Source: Thermoanaerobaculia bacterium
GTDB taxonomy: Bacteria; Acidobacteriota; Thermoanaerobaculia; UBA5066
Direction: 5' to 3'
Length of the DNA: 64,000 nt
NCBI GenBank assembly: GCA_963719225.1
Contig: CAVRAY010000001.1
Span: 2,432,001-2,496,000, forward strand
The stretch's first letter is position 1. The number at the start of each line of letters is the position of its first letter. The notes below the pieces were generated by a model. The model was not told the origin of the DNA. It searched no databases and worked only from the letters and a program-made list of their open reading frames with translations. This document shows, one piece after another, positions 38,845-50,835 of this stretch. The translations under genes and the position numbers were made by a program.

Positions 38845-39872
38845 AAACTCTCTCCTTCCTCCCGCTCCTTCTCGCGGCGTTCGCCTCGCTCGGGCAGGAA
38901 CCCGTGCGTGTCCCGGTCGCGGCGACTCGCCACTTCCTTTTCTACAGCGACTTCGAGCCGAACCTGAACGACGCGTTGATCGCAGCCGGGGTGGCGCGCC
39001 GGTTCCGCAAGCCCGAACTGTTCCGAGACGGCGTGGAGGCGGGCTGCTTCGCGGCTCTGCCGGAGCCCGTGCGCGCGGGCTGGGACGGCGCCGCCGACTA
39101 CTACACGAGGATCGTCTCGCCCTCCGGCTCGAATTCAAGGGAGCGGTACCTCATCCGCGTCCAGATCGCGGGCTTCGACGAGGAGTTCCGCGACGACGCG
39201 GACCGCCAGTTCACGCTGATCGCCCGGAGCTTCCGCGCGGCGGCCGCGCCCGCCTACCGCGCGTGCCGCTGGGCGGCCCAGGACGCGGCGAATCGGCGGT
39301 GGATCGAGGACCTGAAGCCGCGCCTCCTCGCCGACGAAGGGAAAATCGGTCCGCGGCTGGAGGACCTCTACCGGCAGAAGTGGGCCCGCGAGCGCCTCCC
39401 GGTGGACGTCGTCCAGACCGTGGATTTCAGCGGGGCCAACACGATCCTGCGTGACGCGGGACGCGGGCACATCCTGGTCGCGATCGAAAACCCGCCCCGC
39501 TCCGCCGTTGAGGTGGTCTTCCACGAGGCCTCGCACATTTTGATGGGCCGGGGCGCCCCCGTCCGGCAGGCTCTCGAAGACGCCGCGAGCACCGCCGGTT
39601 TCCGTCTGCCAGACGACCTGTGGCACGTCGTCCTCTTCTACACGACGGGCGAGGTGGTGCGCGGGATCCTCGACGAGGGGCACGCACCGGCCTACACGCC
39701 GATGCTCTACGAGATCTTCGACCGGGGTTCCTGGGGTGATTACCGACGACCCCTCGAGAAAGCGTGGCTTCCCTACGTGGAGGGGAAGGCGACCCTCCCG
39801 AACGCTGCCGCCGCGCTCATCGAGGCGATCCGGACCTCGCCGCCCGCACCGACCCCGCCCCCGAAGCCCTGA
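38841..39872 (+). CDS. secreted hypothetical protein with HExxH motif
   Basis: Signal-like KTLSFLPLLLAAFASLG lies upstream of the first GTG (38904), implying a CTG start at 38841; VFHEASH motif. Confidence 0.7.
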   Translation: MKTLSFLPLLLAAFASLGQEPVRVPVAATRHFLFYSDFEPNLNDALIAAGVARRFRKPELFRDGVEAGCFAALPEPVRAGWDGAADYYTRIVSPSGSNSRERYLIRVQIAGFDEEFRDDADRQFTLIARSFRAAAAPAYRACRWAAQDAANRRWIEDLKPRLLADEGKIGPRLEDLYRQKWARERLPVDVVQTVDFSGANTILRDAGRGHILVAIENPPRSAVEVVFHEASHILMGRGAPVRQALEDAASTAGFRLPDDLWHVVLFYTTGEVVRGILDEGHAPAYTPMLYEIFDRGSWGDYRRPLEKAWLPYVEGKATLPNAAAALIEAIRTSPPAPTPPPKP

Positions 39873-40070
39873 CGGCGCCGCTCCGGTCGATCCGCCGGGG
39901 ATTTCGGATTTCGGATTCTCTTCTGAATGAGAGTGATCGCCGCGGTGGAGCTCTGCGGCCTCGGCCGTGCGGACCCTGCGGCCCTTCTTCACCTTCTCAG
40001 AAAATCCCCGGTCCTTCTCTCCTGTTAAACTCCACGATCTTCGCGCGAAAGTGCGCGGAGCCTTCCTTTT

Positions 40071-42932
<2,862 letters not shown>

Positions 42933-42976
42933 CCTGGAGAAGGAAAGGGCATTCGCCGTCTGTGGTATGAATCCCC

Positions 42977-44449
42977 ATGGTGAATGACCGGGAAATCCCG
43001 CTGGCCCTCACGTTCGACGACGTCCTCCTCCTCCCCGCCCGCTCGAAAGTCCATCCAGGCGAAACCGATCTGAAGACGCGGCTCGCGCCCGGAATCGGCC
43101 TCAACATCCCGATCCTCTCCGCCGCGATGGACACGGTCACCGAGTCGCGCCTCGCGATCGCGATGGCGCAGAACGGTGGGCTCGGCGTCATCCACAAGAA
43201 TCTCACGATCGATTCACAGGCCGCCGAGGTCGACAAGGTAAAGCGTTCGGAGAGCGGCATGATCGTGGATCCGGTCACCTGCCGCCCGACGCAGAGGATC
43301 TCGGAGGCGCTCGAGGTCATGGCGAACTTCCGGATCTCGGGAGTGCCGATCGTGGACGACCGCGGCAAGCTCGTCGGCATCCTGACGAATCGCGACCTGC
43401 GCTTCGAGACGCGCATGGACCTGCCCATCTCGGAGCGCATGACGAAGGAGAACCTCGTGACGTGCCCACCGGGCACGACCCTCGAGCAGGCCAAGGAGCT
43501 GCTTCACCGCCACCGTATCGAGAAGCTGCTCGTCGTGGATCGCGCCGGCAACCTCAAGGGCCTCATCACCGTCAAGGACATCCAGAAGCAGATCAAGTAT
43601 CCGAACGCCTGCAAGGACTCGTTCGGCCGCCTGCGCGTGGCGGCGGCGGTGGGCGCGAGCACCGATCTCCTCGACCGGGCCCGGGAGCTCGTCGACGCGA
43701 AGGTGGACCTGCTCGTCCTGGACTCCTCCCACGGTCACAGCGAAGGCGTGCTCCTGGCTCTCACGTCGCTGAAGAAGAAGTTCCCGTCCGTGCCCGTTCT
43801 CGCGGGCAACGTGGCGACGGCGGAAGGGACGCGCGACCTCGTCCGCCGGGGGGCGGACGCCGTGAAGATCGGGATCGGACCCGGCTCCATCTGCACGACG
43901 CGCGTCGTGACGGGTGCCGGCGTGCCGCAGATCCACGCCATCCGCGAATGCGTGAAGGGCGTGGGCAAGGCGAACGTCCCCCTCGTGGCCGACGGCGGCA
44001 TCAAGTTCTCGGGCGACGTCACGAAGGCGCTCGCCGCGGGCGCGCATTCCGTGATGATCGGCAGTCTCTTCGCGGGCACGGACGAGGCGCCGGGCGAAAC
44101 GATCCTCTATCAGGGCCGCACGTTCAAGGCGTATCGCGGCATGGGGTCGATCGGCGCGATGAAGCTGGGTTCGGCCGACCGGTACTTCCAGGACGAGGAA
44201 GAGCCGCGGAAGCTCGTGCCGGAGGGCATCGAGGGCATGGTCCCGCACAAGGGCCCCGTCACGACGCTCCTGACACAGCTGACGGGCGGCGTGCGCGCGG
44301 GCATGGGCCTCGCGGGCGCGGCAACTCTCCCGGAGCTCGTGAAGAAGGCGCGCTTCGTGCGCATCACGGCGGCGGGCCTCAGGGAGAGCCATGCCCACGA
44401 CGTGATCATCACGAAGGAAGCGCCGAACTACAGGCGCGAAGAGATCTGA
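42977..44449 (+). CDS. guaB: IMP dehydrogenase
   Basis: LTFDDVLL, a CBS pair, [16 protein letters not shown] and YRGMGS. Confidence 0.97.
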   Translation: MVNDREIPLALTFDDVLLLPARSKVHPGETDLKTRLAPGIGLNIPILSAAMDTVTESRLAIAMAQNGGLGVIHKNLTIDSQAAEVDKVKRSESGMIVDPVTCRPTQRISEALEVMANFRISGVPIVDDRGKLVGILTNRDLRFETRMDLPISERMTKENLVTCPPGTTLEQAKELLHRHRIEKLLVVDRAGNLKGLITVKDIQKQIKYPNACKDSFGRLRVAAAVGASTDLLDRARELVDAKVDLLVLDSSHGHSEGVLLALTSLKKKFPSVPVLAGNVATAEGTRDLVRRGADAVKIGIGPGSICTTRVVTGAGVPQIHAIRECVKGVGKANVPLVADGGIKFSGDVTKALAAGAHSVMIGSLFAGTDEAPGETILYQGRTFKAYRGMGSIGAMKLGSADRYFQDEEEPRKLVPEGIEGMVPHKGPVTTLLTQLTGGVRAGMGLAGAATLPELVKKARFVRITAAGLRESHAHDVIITKEAPNYRREEI

Positions 44450-45207
44450 GTCATCTGAGCGAGCTTTCTTTCAAGGACCACTTCTCGGGCCATTCGGGCG
44501 ACTATGCCCGATACCGACCCACGTACCCTTCGTCCCTGTTTTCGGCGGTTTCGTCCCTGGCACCGCGGCGCGAACACTGCTGGGACGCCGGGACGGGAAA
44601 CGGTCAGGCGGCGATCGGCCTGGGAGAGTTCTTCGAAGAGGTCGTGGCGACGGACGCGAGTGCCGAGCAGATCGCACATGCGAAGCCGCATCCGCACGTT
44701 GCCTATCGCGTCGCGTCGGCTGAGAAGTCCGGGCTCCCCGATCGATGGGCCGACCTCGTGACTGCCGGGCAAGCGCTGCATTGGTTTCATTTGAAGATTT
44801 TCTATGAAGAGGTGAGAAGGGTCGGCGCGGCGGGAAGCGTTCTCGCTGCGTGGGCCTACGATCTCTTCACCGTCGACGCGCCCGTCGACCTGGTCTTTCG
44901 GGGCTTCCACGAGTCCGTCGAGCGTTTCTGGCCCGCGGAGCGCGCGCTCGTGGCCCGCCGCTACGCCGACCTCCCCTTCCCATTCGAAGAAATCCCCGTC
45001 GCGCCCGTGACGATGACAGCCTCATGGGATCTCGAGCATCTGCTGGGCTACCTCTCGACATGGTCGTGCGTGAAGCGCTGCACGAGGGAAACCGGCCGCG
45101 ACCCGATCGCCGAGTTCGCGGATCCCTTCGCGAACGCCTGGGGCGGACTGCAGAACGAGAAGAGCGTCACCTGGCCGCTCGTTCTTCGCGCGGGACGCAT
45201 CGCCTGA
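44446..45207 (+). CDS. class I SAM-dependent methyltransferase
   Basis: FKDHFS...[20 protein letters not shown] and GQALHWF. Only CTG starts (44446/44455) are available. Confidence 0.85.
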   Translation: MSHLSELSFKDHFSGHSGDYARYRPTYPSSLFSAVSSLAPRREHCWDAGTGNGQAAIGLGEFFEEVVATDASAEQIAHAKPHPHVAYRVASAEKSGLPDRWADLVTAGQALHWFHLKIFYEEVRRVGAAGSVLAAWAYDLFTVDAPVDLVFRGFHESVERFWPAERALVARRYADLPFPFEEIPVAPVTMTASWDLEHLLGYLSTWSCVKRCTRETGRDPIAEFADPFANAWGGLQNEKSVTWPLVLRAGRIA

Positions 45208-45270
45208 CACAGCCGTTTATCATTGGCTGCGCCGACCGTTCGCGCCAGAATCTCGAAAGGGGGACGCTCC

Positions 45271-45705
45271 GTGAAAGAGGAGCGCGTCATCGTCGTGGTC
45301 CCGAGGCTCAATCTCGACGGGGCGCCCCGCTCCGTCGGAGACCTCGTTTTCACGACCCGGCAGGTCTTCCTGGCGAAGAGGACCGGCGGCGCCGAACTGG
45401 AGCGCGCGTTCGACCTCACCGGGGGTGACCCGGCCGCGCCGCGCAGCCGGAAGTCGTCCACGCGCCTTCGCGCCCAGTCTCTCGACAAGATTCTCGCCGC
45501 CGCGGATCGCCGCACGCGTTTCGAGTATCGCGAGCTCGAGAGCATCGTGGTCAAAGTCGGCGGTCTCTTTTCTTCCCCCAGCGTGAGGCTCATCCCCCGC
45601 CACGGGAAGCGCGTCAAGCTCCTGGGCAAGAGGGCGGCTCTCGAGCTCCTCGCTTCGGCCATTCCCGACCTGACGGGCGCAGGAGCTCCGATCTCCCTGA
45701 CGTAG
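45271..45705 (+). CDS. hypothetical protein (PH-like fold possible)
   Basis: GC3-rich ORF filling the gap; GDLVFTTRQVFL pattern. Start uncertain. Confidence 0.6.
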   Translation: MKEERVIVVVPRLNLDGAPRSVGDLVFTTRQVFLAKRTGGAELERAFDLTGGDPAAPRSRKSSTRLRAQSLDKILAAADRRTRFEYRELESIVVKVGGLFSSPSVRLIPRHGKRVKLLGKRAALELLASAIPDLTGAGAPISLT

Positions 45706-45780
45706 CGGGCGATCTCTAGTTCGGGAGAAACACAGCCCCGGTGGGTACCGAGAGTGACGCGACAGCTGCGAGCGCCAGAA

Positions 45781-47238
45781 TCATTCTTTCTCTCTCTTCC
45801 TCTTCAGCCTCTCGCGCAGCGCGCGTACCGCTTCCGCCCGCGCCTTGAGCTCCTTCTCCGCTCCCTCGCCCGACGGGCGGTAGTAATTCCGCCCCTGCAG
45901 CGCGTCGGGAAGACACGAGAGTCCCGCCGTCTTCTCGGCCAGGTCGTGCGCGTAGCGGTAGCCCGACCCGTAGCCCACGGCTTTCATGAGCTTCGTCGGC
46001 GCGTTGCGGATCGCGAGGGGAGGCGGCTCGTTCGGACGCTCGTGCACGTCGGCCACGGCCTCCCCGTACGCCGTGTAAAGCGCGTTCGACTTCGGCGCCA
46101 GCGCCAGATGCACCGCGATCTCGGCGAGCGCGAGCGCGCCCTCGGGCATGCCGATGAAGTGAACCGCCTCCTTGGCCGCCATCGCGAGCGCCAGCGAGGA
46201 CGGGTCGGCGAGGCCCACGTCCTCCGAGGCGAAGCGCACGAGGCGGCGGGCGACGTAGAGGGGATCCTCCCCCGCCTCGAGCATTCGGGCGAGCCAGTAG
46301 AGCGACGCGTCGACGTCCGAGTCGCGGAGCGACTTGTGGAGCGCGGAGATGAGATTGAAGTGCTCCTCGCCGGACTTGTCGTACAGCAGGACTTTCCGCT
46401 TGAAGAGATCCTCGAGGACGGAGACGGTGAGACGCGGGGGGACGTCCGAAGAGACAGAGGGATTTTCTCTTGAAAGGGAAAGAGGGGCGGCGGAAGCGGC
46501 GGAGTGCGCCGAGGCGCGCCCGTCGGAAATGAGCTGCATCGCAGCCGCCTCGAGGCCCGTCAAGGCTCGTCGCGCGTCGCCGTCGGCAAAGCGTCCTAAC
46601 CATTCGAAGGAATCTTCATCGACCTTGACGCTGCTCCCGAGCCCCCTCGTGGGGTCGGCCAGCGCCCTCTTCATCAGAAGAATCAAACCCTCTTCTTTCA
46701 AAGGCGGCAGGATGACGACGCGCAGTCGGGAGAGCAGGGCGCCGTTGAGCTCGAACGAGGGATTCTCGGTCGTCGCGCCGACGAGCACGATGTCTCCGGC
46801 CTCGACGAACGGCAGGAACGCATCCTGCTGCGCGCGGTTGAAGCGGTGGATCTCGTCCACGAAGAGCAGCGTGCGGCGGCCGCGGCGCTTGGCGCGGGCC
46901 GCCTCCTCCATCACGTTCCGGATCTCCTTGATGCCCGAGACGACGGCCGAAAAGCCGATGAACCGTGCCTGCGTCTTCGCCGCGATGATCCGCGCGAGCG
47001 TGGTCTTTCCGCTCCCGGGAGGACCCCAAAAGACGAGCGAGGGGACCTTGTCGGCCGCGAGCGCCTTCGCGAGAAAAGAATCCGGACCGACGAGGTCGGG
47101 CGGTCCTTCAACCTCGGAGAGGTCGCGGGGCCGCATCCGCTCGGCGAGCGGGGCGTCCCCCGAGACCGTCTTCTCGGCGGCGGGCCAGCCTTCGGCCGGG
47201 CGCTCGTCCTCGAAGAGGTCGCCCGGCGACGAGGTCAC
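45781..47238 (-). CDS. rarA: replication-associated recombination protein A (RarA/MgsA)
   Basis: Motifs PLAERMRP, GPPGSGKTT, DEIHRFN, ATTENPSF, SALHKSLR and ASEDVG. Confidence 0.95.
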   Translation of the reverse strand: MTSSPGDLFEDERPAEGWPAAEKTVSGDAPLAERMRPRDLSEVEGPPDLVGPDSFLAKALAADKVPSLVFWGPPGSGKTTLARIIAAKTQARFIGFSAVVSGIKEIRNVMEEAARAKRRGRRTLLFVDEIHRFNRAQQDAFLPFVEAGDIVLVGATTENPSFELNGALLSRLRVVILPPLKEEGLILLMKRALADPTRGLGSSVKVDEDSFEWLGRFADGDARRALTGLEAAAMQLISDGRASAHSAASAAPLSLSRENPSVSSDVPPRLTVSVLEDLFKRKVLLYDKSGEEHFNLISALHKSLRDSDVDASLYWLARMLEAGEDPLYVARRLVRFASEDVGLADPSSLALAMAAKEAVHFIGMPEGALALAEIAVHLALAPKSNALYTAYGEAVADVHERPNEPPPLAIRNAPTKLMKAVGYGSGYRYAHDLAEKTAGLSCLPDALQGRNYYRPSGEGAEKELKARAEAVRALRERLKRKREKE

Positions 47239-47975
47239 GCCCCCGGGCGTCCCTTTGCCCTCTGCTCGATCTCGCTCGTGAGGCGGTCGAGAGCGGGGAT
47301 CTCGGGATGATCCTTCTTGAGCTTCTTCAGGATCTCGAGCGCTTTTTTGGGGTCGCTCTTGTCGATGCCGTAGACGATCGCGAGATTGAACTGCGCCGGC
47401 CAGTGGTTCGGGTCGCGCGCCGACGCCTGCGTGAACATCGCGAGCGCCTTGTCGACGTTGCCGAGATTCCGATACGCGACCCCGAGATCGGTGAGGACGT
47501 TGGGGTCCGCCTCTCGCAGCTTGAGCGCTCTCTCGTACGCGTCGATCGCTTTCTTCCAGTCCTCCACGTCGTACGCCGTATTCCCGAGCTGGACGAGGAG
47601 GTCCGCGTTCTTCGGCTCCTTCGCCACGGCCGCCTCGAGGTCGCTCAGCTTCTGCCGGACGACCGGATCCGCCGCCAGTGAGGGCTGTCCCCCGCCGCTG
47701 CCCGGCAGATCGCGCGTCGCGCCGGGTCCGACGCCGGTGAGCCCCGCATGCGGGTCGGCGAGCGAAGCTTGCGGAACCGACGACGGATTCTTGTCCAGGT
47801 ACAGGTAGGCGGCGGTGAAGCCCGCGAGAAGGCCGATCGCGAGGAACAGGCCCCGGTCCCCCCAGGGGGAAGTACGGGGCGCCGAGGTCTTCGCCGCGCG
47901 GGCCTTCTTCTCCCGAGCGGCCTTGCCGGCCGGAGCCGGGGGGGGGAGGTGGTCATCCAACTCTTCGGCCGTCAT
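47235..47975 (-). CDS. membrane-anchored TPR protein
   Basis: One TM segment then TPRs (LVQLGNTAYD, LTDLGVAYRNLG, AQFNLAIVY). Confidence 0.85.
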   Translation of the reverse strand: MTAEELDDHLPPPAPAGKAAREKKARAAKTSAPRTSPWGDRGLFLAIGLLAGFTAAYLYLDKNPSSVPQASLADPHAGLTGVGPGATRDLPGSGGGQPSLAADPVVRQKLSDLEAAVAKEPKNADLLVQLGNTAYDVEDWKKAIDAYERALKLREADPNVLTDLGVAYRNLGNVDKALAMFTQASARDPNHWPAQFNLAIVYGIDKSDPKKALEILKKLKKDHPEIPALDRLTSEIEQRAKGRPGA

Positions 47976-48754
47976 CTCGATTCACTCTCCTCGTCACGCA
48001 CCGGCGCCGCCGACCATGTGCCCGCTACGGGCCCCGACACCGGAGCGGGCGCGATCTGCGTCCCGTCCCAGGTGCCCGCGAGGCGACGCGTGGGTCCCAT
48101 CGTCAAACGGCCGTAGAACTTGGCATCAAGTCCGCGTTCGGAGTCGATCCGCTCGAGCATGACGCGGTCGCCCACGAACGTGCCTCTCAGGGAACCACGA
48201 AAACCGCCGTCGAGAACATAGTCTCCCGAGAGGATTGTGCCGTCCAGCGAGAGGCGGTAGAAGCCGCGCCGCGCTCCCGGGTTGATGAACACCTCCCAGC
48301 GGCCCGTGAGAGGGTCGGAAAGAACGCCTCGCAGGGCCTCGCGGCGGCGAGCGATCTCCTCCCGGAACGCGGCGAGCCGGCGAACGCGCTCGGCGAGCCG
48401 CTCGGAAACGGCGCGGCGCCGGTCCTGGCTGGCCTCCATGCGCGCCCGCGCGTCGGCCGCGGCCTGTTCGGCCTGCTCGAGGGCCGTGCGGTCGAGCAAG
48501 CCTTCGCGGGCGAGCCGGGCGATCTGATTGAGGGCCGTGTTGAGGTCGTGATCCGCGCGCGATGCCTGCCCCGAGATCCGGTCGAAGTCCTCGAGGTCCT
48601 CCGTGACACGCCGCTTTTCCATGTCGACCGACGCCAGGAGGACGTCGAGAACGCCATCACCCGTCCGGGTCGGGGAGGTCGCGGCGGCCGCCGGCAGGAC
48701 GAGCGTCAGGAGAAGGCCAGCCGTGAGGCCGGCGAGCATCGGGCGCGAAGCCAT
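47972..48754 (-). CDS. secreted coiled-coil protein with C-terminal beta domain
   Basis: Signal peptide, long helical region, then LTGRWEV...GTW. Confidence 0.75.
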   Translation of the reverse strand: MASRPMLAGLTAGLLLTLVLPAAAATSPTRTGDGVLDVLLASVDMEKRRVTEDLEDFDRISGQASRADHDLNTALNQIARLAREGLLDRTALEQAEQAAADARARMEASQDRRRAVSERLAERVRRLAAFREEIARRREALRGVLSDPLTGRWEVFINPGARRGFYRLSLDGTILSGDYVLDGGFRGSLRGTFVGDRVMLERIDSERGLDAKFYGRLTMGPTRRLAGTWDGTQIAPAPVSGPVAGTWSAAPVRDEESESR

Positions 48755-48779
48755 CTCGCCACTATACGGAAGTGGAAGG

Positions 48780-49316
48780 TCAGTGGTCGCGGTGGTTCCC
48801 GGCCACGGCCGAGACGGGACGCCGCTTGAGAATCGCCCGGTCGAGAGCCTTCTCGACCTCGGTCGCGACCTCGCCCTCCGGCAGCCCGTTGATCTGCGCG
48901 ATCTCCGAGACGATCAGATAGCGGGCCCGCTCGTACATCTTCTTCTCGCGGAACGAGAGGGCCTTCTGCTTCTGCACCCAGGTCAGGTTCTTGAGGACGT
49001 CCGCGATGTCCGTGAGGCGGCCGGACCGCATCTTGTCGAGGTTCTGCTTGTACCGGCCTTTCCAGTCACCGCTGGGCGGGAGGGTCGCGTTCTCGAGGAC
49101 GCGGAACACCGAGCCGACGTCCTTGCGGCGGGTGAGAGGACGAAGGCCGATCCGGTCCGAGTTCCCGACCGGCACCATCACGCGCGAGTTGTTTCCGATG
49201 AGACGCAGCTGATAGCAGGGCGCCGGCGAGCCTTCGAGGAGGGATTCCTGAATCGTCTCCACGACCCCGACGCCGTGGTTCGGATAGACAAGCCTGTCGC
49301 CGATCTTGAAAGCCAC
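48780..49316 (-). CDS. carD: CarD/CdnL family transcriptional regulator
   Basis: Motifs FKIGDRLVYPNHGVGVVE, WKGRYK and LSFREK. Confidence 0.92.
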   Translation of the reverse strand: MAFKIGDRLVYPNHGVGVVETIQESLLEGSPAPCYQLRLIGNNSRVMVPVGNSDRIGLRPLTRRKDVGSVFRVLENATLPPSGDWKGRYKQNLDKMRSGRLTDIADVLKNLTWVQKQKALSFREKKMYERARYLIVSEIAQINGLPEGEVATEVEKALDRAILKRRPVSAVAGNHRDH

Positions 49317-49446
49317 GGCATCGCCTCCTTCGGGAAAGGGAATAGGAGCCTACTCCCCCACCCCTCACCCGTCAATGGAGTTTGACGATAAGAGCGCGCG
49401 GATCGTCGGAAAGTGAACGTTTCCGGTTCAGTCTGAAGGCGGTCGC

Positions 49447-50568
49447 TCATTTCCCCGGCGCCGCGCCTTGTAGAACGGCGTCCACGACGGCCTCGCCCTC
49501 CTTACCGTCGGTTTCGCGGAGCGCCCGGTGGTCCTCGACCGCGTCCGGGTCGAGGTAATCGTCGAGCCAGTGCTTTTCGAAGACGGGATACGCCGCCACG
49601 ATCGGCAGCGCCAGAACGGCTCCGATGACGCCACCGATGGTTCCGCCCGCGAGAATCGCGAGAAGAACCGTCAGCGTCGAAAGCTTCAGGCGGTTTCCAT
49701 ACAGTCGCGGAACGAGGATGTAGGCCTCGAAGAGGTGGTAGCAGACGTAGATGCCGAAGACCATCAGCGCGACCGAGGGGCTGACCGCGAGCGCGCAGAG
49801 AGATGCCGCCGCCGTCGCCACCGAGATTCCCGCCACCGGGATGGCGTCGCACAGGCCGGCGAAAAGAGCGAGGGGAAGCGCGGCCGGGACGTGAAGAGCG
49901 GTCAGGACGGTGAACGTGAAGACCGAAAAGAGAGAGGAAGTGATCAGCTGGCCCGTCGTGAACGCCTGCACGACCTCGAACATCTCCGGAACCATGTCTC
50001 CCATCCGCCGCCGGTGGTCGCGTGGCACATACGCGAGGAGCCAGGCCACGACCTTTCTGCCGTCGAGGAGGAGATAAAGACTGAGCACGACCGCGATCAG
50101 GAGGCCCGCCAGCACCTCGAGTGCTTTCGGCCCCCACGCGAGGGGCCTGGAGAGCCACGCGTCGAACTCCGGAGAACGCGGCAGCTCGAGGAGCGGAAGG
50201 AGGATGCGCGAGGGCAGGCCGCCGTGTTCGAGCTGCTTCGCGAGCGAGCTCGAGAAGTGCGGCAGGTTCTTCCAGAGAGCCGAGAGCTGCTGAACGAGCG
50301 CCGGCAGGACGAAGAACGAAAAGGCCGCGACGACGACGACGATCGCGAGCGCCAGAAGGCTGACCGCATATCCGCGAGCCATCCTGCGCTTCTCCAGGCC
50401 ATCCACGATCGGGCTGAGCGCCACGGCGAGGAGAACCGAGACGAGGAAGATCTGGATCGACAGCAGGAGGCGCAAGACCGCCCAGCCGACTGCGACCGCG
50501 GCAAGGATCTTCACGAGCGTCGCCCACGGGAGGTGGAGCTCCTTCGACTGCCTTGCAAAGGTCTTCAT
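49447..50568 (-). CDS. AI-2E family transporter
   Basis: Polytopic; motifs AIPVAG, EAYILVPRLYG and GVIGAVLALP. Confidence 0.88.
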   Translation of the reverse strand: MKTFARQSKELHLPWATLVKILAAVAVGWAVLRLLLSIQIFLVSVLLAVALSPIVDGLEKRRMARGYAVSLLALAIVVVVAAFSFFVLPALVQQLSALWKNLPHFSSSLAKQLEHGGLPSRILLPLLELPRSPEFDAWLSRPLAWGPKALEVLAGLLIAVVLSLYLLLDGRKVVAWLLAYVPRDHRRRMGDMVPEMFEVVQAFTTGQLITSSLFSVFTFTVLTALHVPAALPLALFAGLCDAIPVAGISVATAAASLCALAVSPSVALMVFGIYVCYHLFEAYILVPRLYGNRLKLSTLTVLLAILAGGTIGGVIGAVLALPIVAAYPVFEKHWLDDYLDPDAVEDHRALRETDGKEGEAVVDAVLQGAAPGK

Positions 50569-50580
50569 CACCGCGAAAGT

Positions 50581-50595
50581 GCACGTGGTGTGCCA
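50581..50595 (-). promoter_or_regulatory. sigma54-type -24/-12 promoter upstream of the AI-2E gene
   Basis: TGGCAC-ACCAC-GTGC on the minus strand. Confidence 0.6.
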
Positions 50596-50835
50596 GCAAC
50601 CGACGGTCCGGTTTCACGCCTCGCCCGGTGACGCGCTCTGGCTCACTTCTTGCTCGCTTGCGTGCGCCCGCAACCAAGGGAAAAGCCTATTCAATCTCGA
50701 AACGCGCGAACGAACCAAAACGAAGAGCTAATGGCTTCCCGTCCAAGGATTTACTGCGTTTGGAAGACGAGCGCTTGAGCTGCCGAGAGGAAGTCGGGTT
50801 GTAAAAAAGCCAACGCGCGAACAGGGAGGAAGAGG

